Virus record (IMG/VR): IMGVR_UViG_3300035154_000029
Coordinates: 1-33,680 of that record
DNA length: 33,680 bases
Direction: 5' to 3' (one strand)
DNA from: a virus
Lineage: Duplodnaviria; Caudoviricetes
Below are positions 32,743 through 33,680 of the stretch, piece by piece (positions within the stretch are counted from its first letter, which is position 1; each line of letters opens with the position of its first letter). Made by a program: the position numbers and the translations under genes. The notes below the pieces were generated by a model. The model had not been told where the DNA came from. It was given only the letters and a program-made list of their open reading frames with translations, and searched no databases.

Positions 32743-33680
32743 TGGCCGGAGAGGTGAAGTCCGCCCAGATCACGATCTCCGAGACGTGGCCGGAGCACGT
32801 CCACTGCAAGACCGTGGGCAAGGCGCCGCGCTGGGTCGCCGCTACCGGCATCGTCTGCGCGTGCGGCGAGGTGCTGGGCTGGCCGGACCCTGAACACCAG
32901 GAGACGCTGAGCCAGTACACGAAGCGCGTGGCCTCCGAACGGGTCGACACCGCGAGTGCGCCCGGCCGCGTGAAGGGTGCCTTCGGAACGTACGGCGGCG
33001 AGCAGGTAGCCGACCCGGACCCCGAGCCCGAGACGAAGGGCCACTGGCCGGTGGGCACCACGGACAACCCGGTGGATGTGCGCGAGCCCGGCGACTACCC
33101 GGAGCCCGAGCAGGCGCCGCCCGCCGCGCACGACGACGACCCCGGCGCGGTCGAGCCCGAGGACGACACGGTGGACTGGGGCGAGCCGCCCGAGGATGAG
33201 CCGGACCCCGAGCCGCTGGCGATCGAAGACGGCGACAGCGAGGACGTGGGCACCGCGCCGATCCCGGCCGATGCCGTGCCGGACGAACGCGGGAACATGA
33301 TCTCCGGAGGGAAGAGCTACGGCCAGGCCGACGAAGCCCAGACCGTGCCGTGGGAGTCTTACGAGGATTACGGCGGGGGGGCGAAGCCGCCCACTTGGGA
33401 GGGCGTGGACGACACGTCCGAGCACCCCGTGGGCACCGAGCTGGAGGTGGCCGGGACGACCTTCACGAAGGTGTCGGACGACCCGTTCCCGCCGCCCGAG
33501 AAACCCTCAAATGAGGGAATTCCGGAGGAGCCCTCTGTGGGTTCCGCCGTCGTGCCGTACCGGGGTACGCCGATCATGCCCGACGCGGGCCAGGAGCTGG
33601 ACCCGCTGATCGGCCGGCTGAAGCCGCTGGACCCGGCAGTGTTCTACACCCCGCAAGACGTGGAACTCAAGATCGTTGAA
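32742..33680 (+). CDS. Acidic Pro-rich hypothetical protein, truncated by the window end
   Basis: TGATG overlap; frame open to the end of the window. Confidence 0.75.
   Translation, partial: MAGEVKSAQITISETWPEHVHCKTVGKAPRWVAATGIVCACGEVLGWPDPEHQETLSQYTKRVASERVDTASAPGRVKGAFGTYGGEQVADPDPEPETKGHWPVGTTDNPVDVREPGDYPEPEQAPPAAHDDDPGAVEPEDDTVDWGEPPEDEPDPEPLAIEDGDSEDVGTAPIPADAVPDERGNMISGGKSYGQADEAQTVPWESYEDYGGGAKPPTWEGVDDTSEHPVGTELEVAGTTFTKVSDDPFPPPEKPSNEGIPEEPSVGSAVVPYRGTPIMPDAGQELDPLIGRLKPLDPAVFYTPQDVELKIVE

Overview
This window is part of a high-GC actinobacteriophage genome (tailed phage or prophage; no host genes, integrase or att site visible). The virion module resembles cluster-B-type actinophages. 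It runs: DUF1360-like membrane protein, portal fused to a MuF-like domain, a 2H-phosphoesterase/capsid-maturation-protease fusion, major capsid protein plus a probable pentamer capsid protein, major tail protein, head-tail adaptor, tail completion proteins, frameshifted tail assembly chaperone, tape measure and two minor tail proteins. An HNH gene, a tandem RHH-like gene and an ERF recombinase follow. About 10 kb of non-structural sequence splits the head module (lysis-type membrane trio, PnuC-like, HExxH protein, WhiB, SLOG/DUF2493, many small Zn-binding ORFs). Three non-coding signals stand out. (1) Five sigma-70-type promoters have a 17-bp spacer that is entirely a C6-N5-G6 palindrome; a sixth variant precedes a candidate repressor. 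(2) A circularly permuted tRNA mimic at 13121-13187 keeps the tRNA tertiary-contact nucleotides but has no anticodon loop. (3) A candidate second programmed -1 frameshift lies at the end of the protease gene. Family calls come from motif recognition by eye; no database search was run.
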